Sequence record: PQ671644.1
Length of the DNA: 64,000 bases
Strand: one strand, 5' to 3'
From: Escherichia phage DCP80
Below are positions 57,257-64,000 of this stretch, one piece after another. The position numbers and the translations under genes were made by a program. Positions within the stretch are counted from its first letter, which is position 1. Every line of letters begins with the position of its first letter. The notes under the pieces are model-generated. The model saw only the letters and a list, made by a program, of their open reading frames with translations, searched no databases and was not told the origin of the DNA.

Positions 57257-58285
57257 ATGTCATATATTGATAAAGAATTTGCAGTCAGAGCTTTATCGTA
57301 TCAACCACGTTATAGAGAAGTCACCGGGAGCACATTTAAAGCAAACTGCAGATGTAAAGTTTGTGGCGACTCCCAGAAAGATTCACATAAAGCCAGATTC
57401 TGGGCGTATACTAATCCGGCTGATGGCGCGGTTTACGTGAAATGTTTTAACTGTGACTACTCCACGCATATAAGCAAATACATAAAAGAGTTTGAGCCGG
57501 ATTTGCACCGGGAATATATGGTTGAGAAGTACAAGGAGAACGCCTTCGGGCGACAACGCACTGAAGTTGTCGAAACTCCGAAAGAACCAGAAAAAACTCC
57601 GGTTATCGAACAGCTTGCTTTTTGTGAAAGACTCGATACTTTACCAGAAGCACATCCGATAGTTAAGTATGTAAAAAGTCGATGTATTCCAAGCAATGTT
57701 TGGAACCGGTTATGGTTTACAAACCAATGGCCCGCATTAGTTAACTCCGTCAATCCTGGGACGTATAAGAATGAAACGAATGAACCACGCTTGGTTATTC
57801 CTATCTTCAACGGCAAAAAAGAAATCGAATCTTTCCAAGGACGAGCTCTTCGCAAAGATGCACCACAAAAATATATCACAATCAAAGCTCACCCAGAAGC
57901 TTCCAAAGTCTATGGCGTAGACAAGATTGATGAGCGTAAACGCGTATGGGTAATGGAAGGTCCAATTGATAGTTTGTTTATCCCTAACAGCATTGCGATA
58001 ACTGGTGGCACATTGTCATTGGAAGCAGTTCCTTATGCTGAAACCAGAGTATGGGTAATGGACAACGAGCCAAGACATCCGGATACGATTAAACGTATGA
58101 AGAAGCTCGTTGAAGCTGGCGAAGCTGTTATGTTCTGGGACAATGCACCATGGCATACGAAAGACATAAATGAGATGGTTAAATCAGAAGGGGCAACCCC
58201 TGAACAAATCGAATCATATATGGCCGATAACGTTGCTCAAGGATTGATGGCGAGAATGCGACTTTCGAAGTACGCAAAAGTTTAG
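57257..58285 (+). CDS. 61: DNA primase gp61
   Basis: 342 aa; zinc ribbon C..C...C..C, ...IKEFEPDL.REY..., ...EPRLVIPI.N......SFQGRAL.KDAPQKYITI.A.PEA.K.YGV......V.V.EGPIDSLFI.N.IAITGG.L.LE.VP......VWV.DNEPRHPDTIKRM.KLV.AGE.VMFWD..PW..KD.N.M...EGATPEQI..YM..N.AQGLMA.MRLSKYAK match recalled T4 gp61. Confidence 0.9.
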   Translation: MSYIDKEFAVRALSYQPRYREVTGSTFKANCRCKVCGDSQKDSHKARFWAYTNPADGAVYVKCFNCDYSTHISKYIKEFEPDLHREYMVEKYKENAFGRQRTEVVETPKEPEKTPVIEQLAFCERLDTLPEAHPIVKYVKSRCIPSNVWNRLWFTNQWPALVNSVNPGTYKNETNEPRLVIPIFNGKKEIESFQGRALRKDAPQKYITIKAHPEASKVYGVDKIDERKRVWVMEGPIDSLFIPNSIAITGGTLSLEAVPYAETRVWVMDNEPRHPDTIKRMKKLVEAGEAVMFWDNAPWHTKDINEMVKSEGATPEQIESYMADNVAQGLMARMRLSKYAKV

Positions 58286-58393
58286 GAAGGGATTCCGGTA
58301 AAGTAACCGATGATGGAATGAATATGTTCTATTGTGACCTGGGGTAAGTGCACCCCTTGTGTTGCAGCGATAGGCACAACCAGTAAGTTCCAC

Positions 58394-58591
58394 CTATATA
58401 AGGCCGATTAATGCTAGTGAAACATCTACAACTGATTCGAGCGCGACGACTGGCAATATAACACCATGTGCCAATGCAATAGGGGCAACAATGAAATTCC
58501 AGAGTAGAACAAAACAGAGTATCGAAAGGACCAGAATCGTTCGCTTACGACTGCCTTTGATGGCTTGAATTAGACTAGATAGTTTGAGCAT
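58394..58591 (-). CDS. antisense small hydrophobic protein
   Basis: 65-aa ORF on the opposite strand to all neighbours, strong AGGAGG RBS 7 nt upstream, two predicted hydrophobic segments. Confidence 0.35.
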   Translation of the reverse strand: MLKLSSLIQAIKGSRKRTILVLSILCFVLLWNFIVAPIALAHGVILPVVALESVVDVSLALIGLI

Positions 58592-58675
58592 ACATCCTCC
58601 TTTCTTGTATTTATGCTTTAAACCAATATGATATAATTAACATACAAACAATATGAATTGATAAGGAAAAATATA

Positions 58676-59194
58676 ATGGCTCATTTTAACGAGTGTTCTC
58701 AACTGATTGCTGGTGTTGATAAAGCGCAAGATGCGTATAATGATGTCCTAAAAGGCAATGATGACCCTCTGCAGATTATGCTTGATATGCAGAAATCTTT
58801 GCAGGTTCGTCTGGCTACAGAAAAACCAGAATATAACGCACATCCAGATGAATTGGCAACCGCAGGCGATGTTGTTGCATGGCTTCGTAACCAGAAAGAT
58901 TATGTCGACGACGAATTCCGTGAACTTCTGACTTCGCTCGGTGGCATGTCTAATGGTGAGAAAGCCGCATCCAGTTGCTGGAAGCCGTGGAAAGCGCAAC
59001 ATGCTGAATATCGTAATCGTCGTATTGATGAACTGTCTCCTGAAGACCAGCTCGAAATTAAATTCGAAATGATTGATATTCTGCACTTCGTTCTGAATAT
59101 GTTTCAAGGTCTGGGTCTTTCTGCTGAAGAAATCTTTAAACTGTATTACTTGAAAAATGCCGAGAACTTTGCTCGCCAAGACCGAGGTTATTAA
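58676..59194 (+). CDS. 56: dCTP pyrophosphatase gp56
   Basis: MAHFNEC..LI.GVDKAQ..Y.D.L......DPLQ.MLDMQ..LQ.RLA......HPD.L.TAGDVV.W.R.QKD..DDEFRELLTSLG.MS.GEK.AS..WK.WKA........RIDE.SPEDQLEIKFE..DI.HFVLNMF.GLG..AEEIFKLYYLKN.ENFARQDRGY matches recalled T4 gp56; track ORF starts at upstream TTG. Confidence 0.85.
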   Translation: MAHFNECSQLIAGVDKAQDAYNDVLKGNDDPLQIMLDMQKSLQVRLATEKPEYNAHPDELATAGDVVAWLRNQKDYVDDEFRELLTSLGGMSNGEKAASSCWKPWKAQHAEYRNRRIDELSPEDQLEIKFEMIDILHFVLNMFQGLGLSAEEIFKLYYLKNAENFARQDRGY

Positions 59195-59475
59195 TGGCTC
59201 GTTTAAATAAACGTCAACTTAAGAAAGCTCGTAAGAAGCATATTAATGCTATAATTGAAAACGCTAATGTTGAAATCTTTGTAGAACTCTTAGCCAATCA
59301 ACTAAAAAATTTATCTAAACAAGAAATTGATATGAATACTGAAAATGCTAAAAATGTAATCGAAACTCATAATGTTTTTGCTCAAGCTACAGCCGAATAC
59401 ATTGCCAATCCTACTGCTGAAAATCTAGCTAAAATGACTGAAGCCAATAAAGCAGTCCAAGCCGCCAAATTGTAA
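59194..59475 (+). CDS. hypothetical protein
   Basis: 93-aa ORF, ATGA overlap with gene 56 stop. Confidence 0.45.
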   Translation: MARLNKRQLKKARKKHINAIIENANVEIFVELLANQLKNLSKQEIDMNTENAKNVIETHNVFAQATAEYIANPTAENLAKMTEANKAVQAAKL

Positions 59476-59476
59476 G

Positions 59477-59484
59477 TTATAAAT
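59477..59484 (+). promoter_or_regulatory. late promoter TATAAATA upstream of soc
   Basis: Exact TATAAATA about 33 nt upstream of the soc ATG. Confidence 0.55.
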
Positions 59485-59516
59485 ACACCTGTAATTAAAC
59501 AACAAAGGAGTTTATT

Positions 59517-59750
59517 ATGGGTGGTTTCGTTAATATCAAAACCTTCACGCATCCAGCTGGTGAAGGTAAAGAAGTTAAAGGCGTTGAAGTATCAGTTCCG
59601 TTTGAAATCTATTCGAACGAGCACCGTATTGCTGATGCGCACTATCAGACTTTCCCTTCGGCCGTTGCAGCATATACTACTGTAGTGACTGATGCAGCCG
59701 ATTGGCGAACTAAGAACGCGGCAATGTTTACGCCTACCCCAGTAGTTTAA
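59517..59750 (+). CDS. soc: small outer capsid protein Soc
   Basis: 77 aa; GFVNIKTF......GKE..VPFE.YSNEHRIADAHYQTFPS..AAY.TV matches recalled T4 Soc. Confidence 0.75.
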   Translation: MGGFVNIKTFTHPAGEGKEVKGVEVSVPFEIYSNEHRIADAHYQTFPSAVAAYTTVVTDAADWRTKNAAMFTPTPVV

Positions 59751-59755
59751 TTATA

Positions 59756-59780
59756 GGGAACCTTCGGGTTCCCTTTTTTG
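59756..59780 (+). terminator. rho-independent terminator with UUCG tetraloop after soc
   Basis: GGGAACC-TTCG-GGTTCCC followed by TTTTTTGCTTTT. Confidence 0.65.
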
Positions 59781-59827
59781 CTTTTAATAGAGATGGTATA
59801 ATTATTTCAACTACAGAGGAGAATACT

Positions 59828-60025
59828 ATGTTAAACCGTTGGATTAAACCAAATAAAACTTTAGATGAAGTTATTGCCCATGATGTGCATTTTAAGTATG
59901 GTCTGGGTGTGTTTGACGAGGTTGTCGTGCACTCGTTCATGATGCACGATGATGATTCTTTAGAATTCAATATTGAAATCCGTTATGATGATGGTCAAGT
60001 TGAATTTAAACGAGGTTTCCTATGA
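59828..60025 (+). CDS. hypothetical protein
   Basis: 65-aa ORF with GAGGAG RBS. Confidence 0.45.
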   Translation: MLNRWIKPNKTLDEVIAHDVHFKYGLGVFDEVVVHSFMMHDDDSLEFNIEIRYDDGQVEFKRGFL

Positions 60026-60381
60026 TTAGTTGGCTCAAGAATTTATTCAAGACTAAACCTGGTGAAGGGGTGGTTCCTGTTAGCCTGCCAGATGTTAAAC
60101 TAAGAGAATATGTTTACATGGGCGATGGTATGATGGAAGAAGTTCGTCGCCGCCCAGAAAAAGCCGGTAATGTCGGACCAGGCGCATTGCCATTGAATTC
60201 GAAAAAGTTAAAAGAGCATCTGGATTCAAGACGTTCTACAAGCCATGTCGATACTACACCGCATATTGATATGACTCCGATTGTGGTTACTGCGGCCGCT
60301 GTCAGTTCGTGGACTGGTGATTCGTCTTATTCCTCCTATGATTCAGGAAGCTGCGATTCATCTTCCAGCTCGTGTGATTAA
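60022..60381 (+). CDS. hypothetical protein with Ser/Cys-rich C-terminal tail
   Basis: 119-aa ORF; tail DSSYSSYDSGSCDSSSSSCD. Confidence 0.45.
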   Translation: MISWLKNLFKTKPGEGVVPVSLPDVKLREYVYMGDGMMEEVRRRPEKAGNVGPGALPLNSKKLKEHLDSRRSTSHVDTTPHIDMTPIVVTAAAVSSWTGDSSYSSYDSGSCDSSSSSCD

Positions 60382-60576
60382 ATGAGAATTACAAGTTGGC
60401 TTAAAGATTGGTTGGTTACCCCGGGGATTGATGATTCCTGGGTGGCCAGAGCCGAGGAAGAAATGCAGCGCGAAGCTGAAGAATGGGCCGCCGCAAGCGT
60501 CAAAGATATGCAGGAAAAGAAGACCGAACGAGCTGTGCTTAAACTGATGCGTGATATCTACGGAGATAAATCATGA
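60382..60576 (+). CDS. hypothetical protein
   Basis: 64-aa ORF. Confidence 0.4.
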   Translation: MRITSWLKDWLVTPGIDDSWVARAEEEMQREAEEWAAASVKDMQEKKTERAVLKLMRDIYGDKS

Positions 60577-60722
60577 CACAAGAAGAAGCTGAACGTCAGG
60601 CAAAAGAAGCACTGGATTTGCTTTTGAAAATTGGCAGTAAAATGATGGAAGAAAATGAAAAGTACATCAAGGAAAATAAAGTTCCTGATGGTCCATTAGT
60701 TGGTAAGAGGAAAACATTATGA
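60573..60722 (+). CDS. small hypothetical protein
   Basis: 49-aa ORF translated by eye, ATGA overlaps on both sides. Confidence 0.3.
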   Translation: MTQEEAERQAKEALDLLLKIGSKMMEENEKYIKENKVPDGPLVGKRKTL

Positions 60723-61207
60723 AAGTATATGAATTAGAATTCTATGTCCGTGATTCTGCTGGGCAAACACGACCTTACGATGCAACAGCCTGTCTTATCT
60801 TTGCATATAATGGCATGGATTCGGTTACTGAGTTGGAAACAAAATTAATGAACCTGACGATGCCAGAAAATGTCATGATGAAGGTATTTCATAACAAAAA
60901 CGTTAATGTGGCTGAAGGGTGTCCGTTTACTGTTTCCGAAGCTCTACACATTAAAGGCTATCGTCACCCGGACCCTTATGCAGAAGGTACTGCGGATATC
61001 TTCTATAAAGATACCGATAGAATTTCAGAAGAACGCCTTAAAGGTCGCACATATCTGATTTCCACTACCGACGACCTTGCTGAAGTTGAACGTCAGATTT
61101 GGAAGCACTTTGATATCGGTCTGCGCTTTACTTTAACAGAAGAAGCTATTCAAGATACTAAAATGCGTGCTCGTATGTATGGTTACGGTCCGATTGGTGG
61201 TTACTAA
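60719..61207 (+). CDS. hypothetical protein
   Basis: 162-aa ORF. Confidence 0.5.
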   Translation: MKVYELEFYVRDSAGQTRPYDATACLIFAYNGMDSVTELETKLMNLTMPENVMMKVFHNKNVNVAEGCPFTVSEALHIKGYRHPDPYAEGTADIFYKDTDRISEERLKGRTYLISTTDDLAEVERQIWKHFDIGLRFTLTEEAIQDTKMRARMYGYGPIGGY

Positions 61208-61383
61208 TGGATTTATTTGAACTTTTTGAAGAGCCTAAAGCTCCCACAGAAGCCCGTGTGGACCTAGTTGACGAACTTGATGCGATTATACAGAAGCACG
61301 GTTTTAGTCTCCCATTGGAAGTTCTGCGCGACCTGGCCTCATATTACGACGACCCACCTCCATGGGCACCATGGAAACAGTAG
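61207..61383 (+). CDS. small hypothetical protein
   Basis: 58-aa [16 protein letters not shown]..., overlaps previous stop. Confidence 0.35.
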   Translation: MDLFELFEEPKAPTEARVDLVDELDAIIQKHGFSLPLEVLRDLASYYDDPPPWAPWKQ

Positions 61384-61504
61384 TTTACTTACTCCCCTCC
61401 TAATGACATAATGACCTTTCTTACAACAGAGAGGTCATTATGAACATCATCAAATCTGATACCGAACCCAACCAGTTAAAATTTAGTGAAATGGAGATAG
61501 CTTC

Positions 61505-61540
61505 ANNNNNNNNNNNNNNNNNNNNNNNNNNNNNNNNNNN
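61505..61540. other. assembly gap (N-run)
   Basis: 36 Ns. Confidence 0.95.
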
Positions 61541-61756
61541 ACTGAAGGCACAAGCCCCGGTGGCCAAGGTTCAAGTCAATCAGCAGGCCCTTCTAATGGT
61601 TCTGCACATGCATCACATTCTCAAGGTATAGAGAATATTAAATCCAGCTATGTAAATACCACTCACGGTAAAGCACAGGAAGCATGGGCGAAAGGTAGAG
61701 TAGTTACTGATTCTGTTTTCTGTCATATGCCAAAATATGTTGGTTGTAAGAAATAA
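61541..61756 (+). CDS. 3' end of unidentified gene (Gly/Ser-rich segment), 5' part lost in gap
   Basis: Open frame from gap to TAA at 61754-61756, followed by a terminator. Confidence 0.35.
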   Translation, partial: TEGTSPGGQGSSQSAGPSNGSAHASHSQGIENIKSSYVNTTHGKAQEAWAKGRVVTDSVFCHMPKYVGCKK

Positions 61757-61760
61757 TCTA

Positions 61761-61786
61761 AGGACCCTTCGGGGTCCTTTTTTATT
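61761..61786 (+). terminator. rho-independent terminator with UUCG tetraloop
   Basis: GGACCC-TTCG-GGGTCC followed by TTTTTTATTTT. Confidence 0.65.
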
Positions 61787-61797
61787 TTAAAAAGTAG

Positions 61798-61850
61798 TGT
61801 ACAACCAGATGGTCATAAGACATAATGATTCCATACTGAGTTACCAAATA
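61798..61850 (+). promoter_or_regulatory. early promoter / stem-loop cassette (PeSL-like)
   Basis: TGTACA 61798-61803, 17-nt spacer, CATAAT 61821-61826, then conserved GATTCCATACTGAGTTACCAA leader. Confidence 0.45.
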
Positions 61851-61867
61851 AACAAACGGAGAATAAA

Positions 61868-62074
61868 ATGTTAGAATTAATCAAAGCTGCTGGTGAAAAA
61901 GGTCTGATGGTTAACACTCGTGACCCTGAGCAACGTCAAGCATTTGGTGAGTTAAAAGCCAAAGGTCTGGTTAAAGCATCCCTTGGTATTGGTAATGCTT
62001 TGCGTGTGACTTTGACCCCTGCAGGTAAAGCAATGTTCTTCCCTAAACCATTACCAAAACGTCGTCGCAAGTGA
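61868..62074 (+). CDS. hypothetical small basic protein
   Basis: 68-aa ORF, basic C-terminus KRRRK, GGAGAATAAAATG RBS context. Confidence 0.45.
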   Translation: MLELIKAAGEKGLMVNTRDPEQRQAFGELKAKGLVKASLGIGNALRVTLTPAGKAMFFPKPLPKRRRK

Positions 62075-62080
62075 GGAATT

Positions 62081-62383
62081 ATGAAGAAGTATGAACTTGA
62101 CATGATTGAGGCATGTCTGAAATCTGCTGACCATTTTAAGTTGAAAATGCACAAGTTAAGAGGAATGGTCAAAACTCCAGAAGAGAAGAAGCGATATGCT
62201 CTTAAGGAGAAATGTAAAGCTCTTATCATGATGGATAAGCTGCAAATGGTCGCCGCAGAAGCTCACAGGACACGTAAAGCCGAGGCCCTTGGTGTTTATA
62301 TGGCAGAGCAGCTTCATCGTGCACAGCAAGCCGTTAAGAGCGTCTGGTTCAGCGGTGAAAATACTGAAAGAACTTTTAATTAA
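62081..62383 (+). CDS. hypothetical protein
   Basis: 100-aa ORF. Confidence 0.45.
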   Translation: MKKYELDMIEACLKSADHFKLKMHKLRGMVKTPEEKKRYALKEKCKALIMMDKLQMVAAEAHRTRKAEALGVYMAEQLHRAQQAVKSVWFSGENTERTFN

Positions 62384-62386
62384 ATG

Positions 62387-62440
62387 TGTACATAGTATGG
62401 GGATAGACGTATAATGTTCCCATACTGAGTTACCAAATAC
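62387..62440 (+). promoter_or_regulatory. early promoter / stem-loop cassette (PeSL-like)
   Basis: TGTACA 62387-62392, 17-nt spacer, TATAAT 62410-62415; CATAGTATGGGGA pairs with TTCCCATACTGAG. Confidence 0.45.
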
Positions 62441-62451
62441 TGGAGAATAAA

Positions 62452-62976
62452 ATGGACGCAAAATCAATCTTTAATCTGATTAATTACAATAATGGTAATT
62501 TTAAATCAGAAGCGCAAAGCAAGTTCTTTAATGATGTTGCTTGTGCAGGTGAGATTACAGTATCAGGTGGTCAGACTTATAAAAACGCCTGGAACTGGAT
62601 TGTGACTGTTGATTCAGTTGGTATTGTTGATGTGTATAAAAACACCAACAAAAACCGCTCTTTGTTCTGGTCAAGAGAGACTAATGCAGAATATCAAGCG
62701 ACAAGAGCGAAGAAAAATATGCCTACTGAATCTGATGTACAAAACATCAAATCAGATATCCAATATTATGATGGTCTGATTGCTGAACAACAAGCGGTGC
62801 TTGATAAGTTCAATGAAATCAAGGCGTGTAAAGAGATTCCTGAATTCATGAGGGAATCAGTTAATGAACAATACAATCTCACTTCAGAGCGTATTGAAAC
62901 CTATACCAAACAAAGAGCAGAGCGCCAGGTACTCCTTCAGAAGTTTGAAGAGCGTTTAAAGACGGTTCTCGCATAA
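62452..62976 (+). CDS. hypothetical protein
   Basis: 174-aa ORF. Confidence 0.5.
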   Translation: MDAKSIFNLINYNNGNFKSEAQSKFFNDVACAGEITVSGGQTYKNAWNWIVTVDSVGIVDVYKNTNKNRSLFWSRETNAEYQATRAKKNMPTESDVQNIKSDIQYYDGLIAEQQAVLDKFNEIKACKEIPEFMRESVNEQYNLTSERIETYTKQRAERQVLLQKFEERLKTVLA

Positions 62977-63039
62977 ACGCTTTATACCAAGGATGGTATA
63001 ATGGTTCTGACCTTTGATTAATCTATTGAGGAAATTATT

Positions 63040-63882
63040 ATGTCACAAGCAATTAATGAAATTCGTTCTGAAGTTAAAAAAGTTATTAAATTTGGTCGTA
63101 TTCCAAGCACTAAAGATGTGGTTGAAAAGGTTCTATATATGATGTGGGACAAGTTCAATGTTTGTACTGTTAAAAATGACTTCACTAAAATCTTTGACAA
63201 GACTAAAGGTTCGTTTACATTAGAAGACCGAGTCATGAAAACTCTTCGTAAAACAGGTATGTTGTCTCGTGCTAATGCCAAAATTATTCTTAAAAAATAT
63301 AACAAAGGCTACGACCTTTATGGTCGTGCGATTAACACCATGACGTTTGATGAAGTGGTTAAAGACCTTCATGCCAACCAACGACGTTTACTAGCACTAG
63401 GTGCTCGCCTTGCAAAAGGTCAAGATAAACAAATGACCTTTAAAACCAATAATTCTTTAGATTATAAAGTATTCAATGTTATTAAAGGTCAAAATGAAGG
63501 CGAATACAGTATTTCTTCTTTTAGTGGTTGTCAATATGACAACTGGAAGTTCCATCTCCGATTGGCCTTGTCTGAATTAGAACAGCACGGTGTTCTTAGT
63601 TTTGGTGATGCCGAAACTGGAGCAGGTCAGCGTATTAAACTTTATAAAATTAAAGACCTGGCTGAAGACTCTTCAGAACAAGCTCCTAAAATGGAACCTG
63701 TTCCAGTGCGAAGCAATGAAAAATATTCAGAGCAAATTGAGCTTTTCACTAAACAGATTGAAGAGCTTAACATCACCATCCAGCAGCAAGATGATGAAAT
63801 TTTCCGCCTGTCAGGACTGAACGGCGCGGCAAAAGCTGAACGTCAGAAACTGATGGACGTTATTAAATTGCTTAAGGCTTAA
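63040..63882 (+). CDS. hypothetical protein (280 aa)
   Basis: Long ORF, predicted coiled-coil C-terminus. Confidence 0.5.
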   Translation: MSQAINEIRSEVKKVIKFGRIPSTKDVVEKVLYMMWDKFNVCTVKNDFTKIFDKTKGSFTLEDRVMKTLRKTGMLSRANAKIILKKYNKGYDLYGRAINTMTFDEVVKDLHANQRRLLALGARLAKGQDKQMTFKTNNSLDYKVFNVIKGQNEGEYSISSFSGCQYDNWKFHLRLALSELEQHGVLSFGDAETGAGQRIKLYKIKDLAEDSSEQAPKMEPVPVRSNEKYSEQIELFTKQIEELNITIQQQDDEIFRLSGLNGAAKAERQKLMDVIKLLKA

Positions 63883-63883
63883 T

Positions 63884-64000
63884 ATGACCATTTTGATTAT
63901 CAGTATTATTTTTGGTTATCTTGTGACGGGTTTTATTACTACCCTGTTGCTTCACAAGTTTGATAGTCCCTACGAAAGTGGGGACGAGTATGATGCGGTG
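63884..64000 (+). CDS. hydrophobic protein, 3' end beyond window
   Basis: MTILIISIIFGYLVTGFITTLLL...; ATG overlaps previous stop (TAATATG). Confidence 0.35.
   Translation, partial: MTILIISIIFGYLVTGFITTLLLHKFDSPYESGDEYDAV

Noticed and set aside
1-64000. tRNA, rRNA or other structured ncRNA genes
   Set aside because: Nothing looked like a cloverleaf with a conserved T-loop or rRNA-like conservation in the intergenic regions I read by eye. This is a weak negative because no scan was run.

Overview
This window is a scaffold of eleven blocks separated by ten N-runs, all derived from T4-like (Tevenvirinae-type) phage DNA with a T2-type gp38 adhesin. It is not one collinear locus: block order and orientation do not follow T4 synteny, and three loci occur twice at roughly 97-99% identity with in-frame indels and gene presence/absence differences (1-8993 vs 9041-17790 inverted; 17801-24742 vs 47081-52285 inverted; 24761-30886 vs 41801-47030 direct). 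The most economical reading is two closely related phage variants co-assembled and joined with gap Ns. Genes I recognise by recalled similarity to T4 proteins plus synteny: 52, ndd, rIIB, rIIA, 39 (fused 39/60 form), 47, 46, 45, 44, 62, uvsX, 40, 41, dmd, sp, 32, 59, 33, dsbA, rnh, 34, dexA, dda, srd-like, modA-like, 37, 38, t, 61, 56, soc. Regulatory signals visible by eye include repeated early-promoter/stem-loop cassettes, TATAAATA late promoters, and C(UUCG)G-tetraloop hairpins and terminators. The leads I rate highest are an HNH-AP2 homing endonuclease present in only one rII copy, a 105-aa protein with PARP-like H-G-S and F-F-T-E-D motifs next to dmd and sp, a 55-aa ORF carrying an internal-protein-like capsid targeting sequence upstream of gene 61, and a ~42-nt repeat at two consecutive gene junctions. 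No tool was run: every homology call rests on my recollection of T4 sequences and should be confirmed by BLASTP or HMM search.
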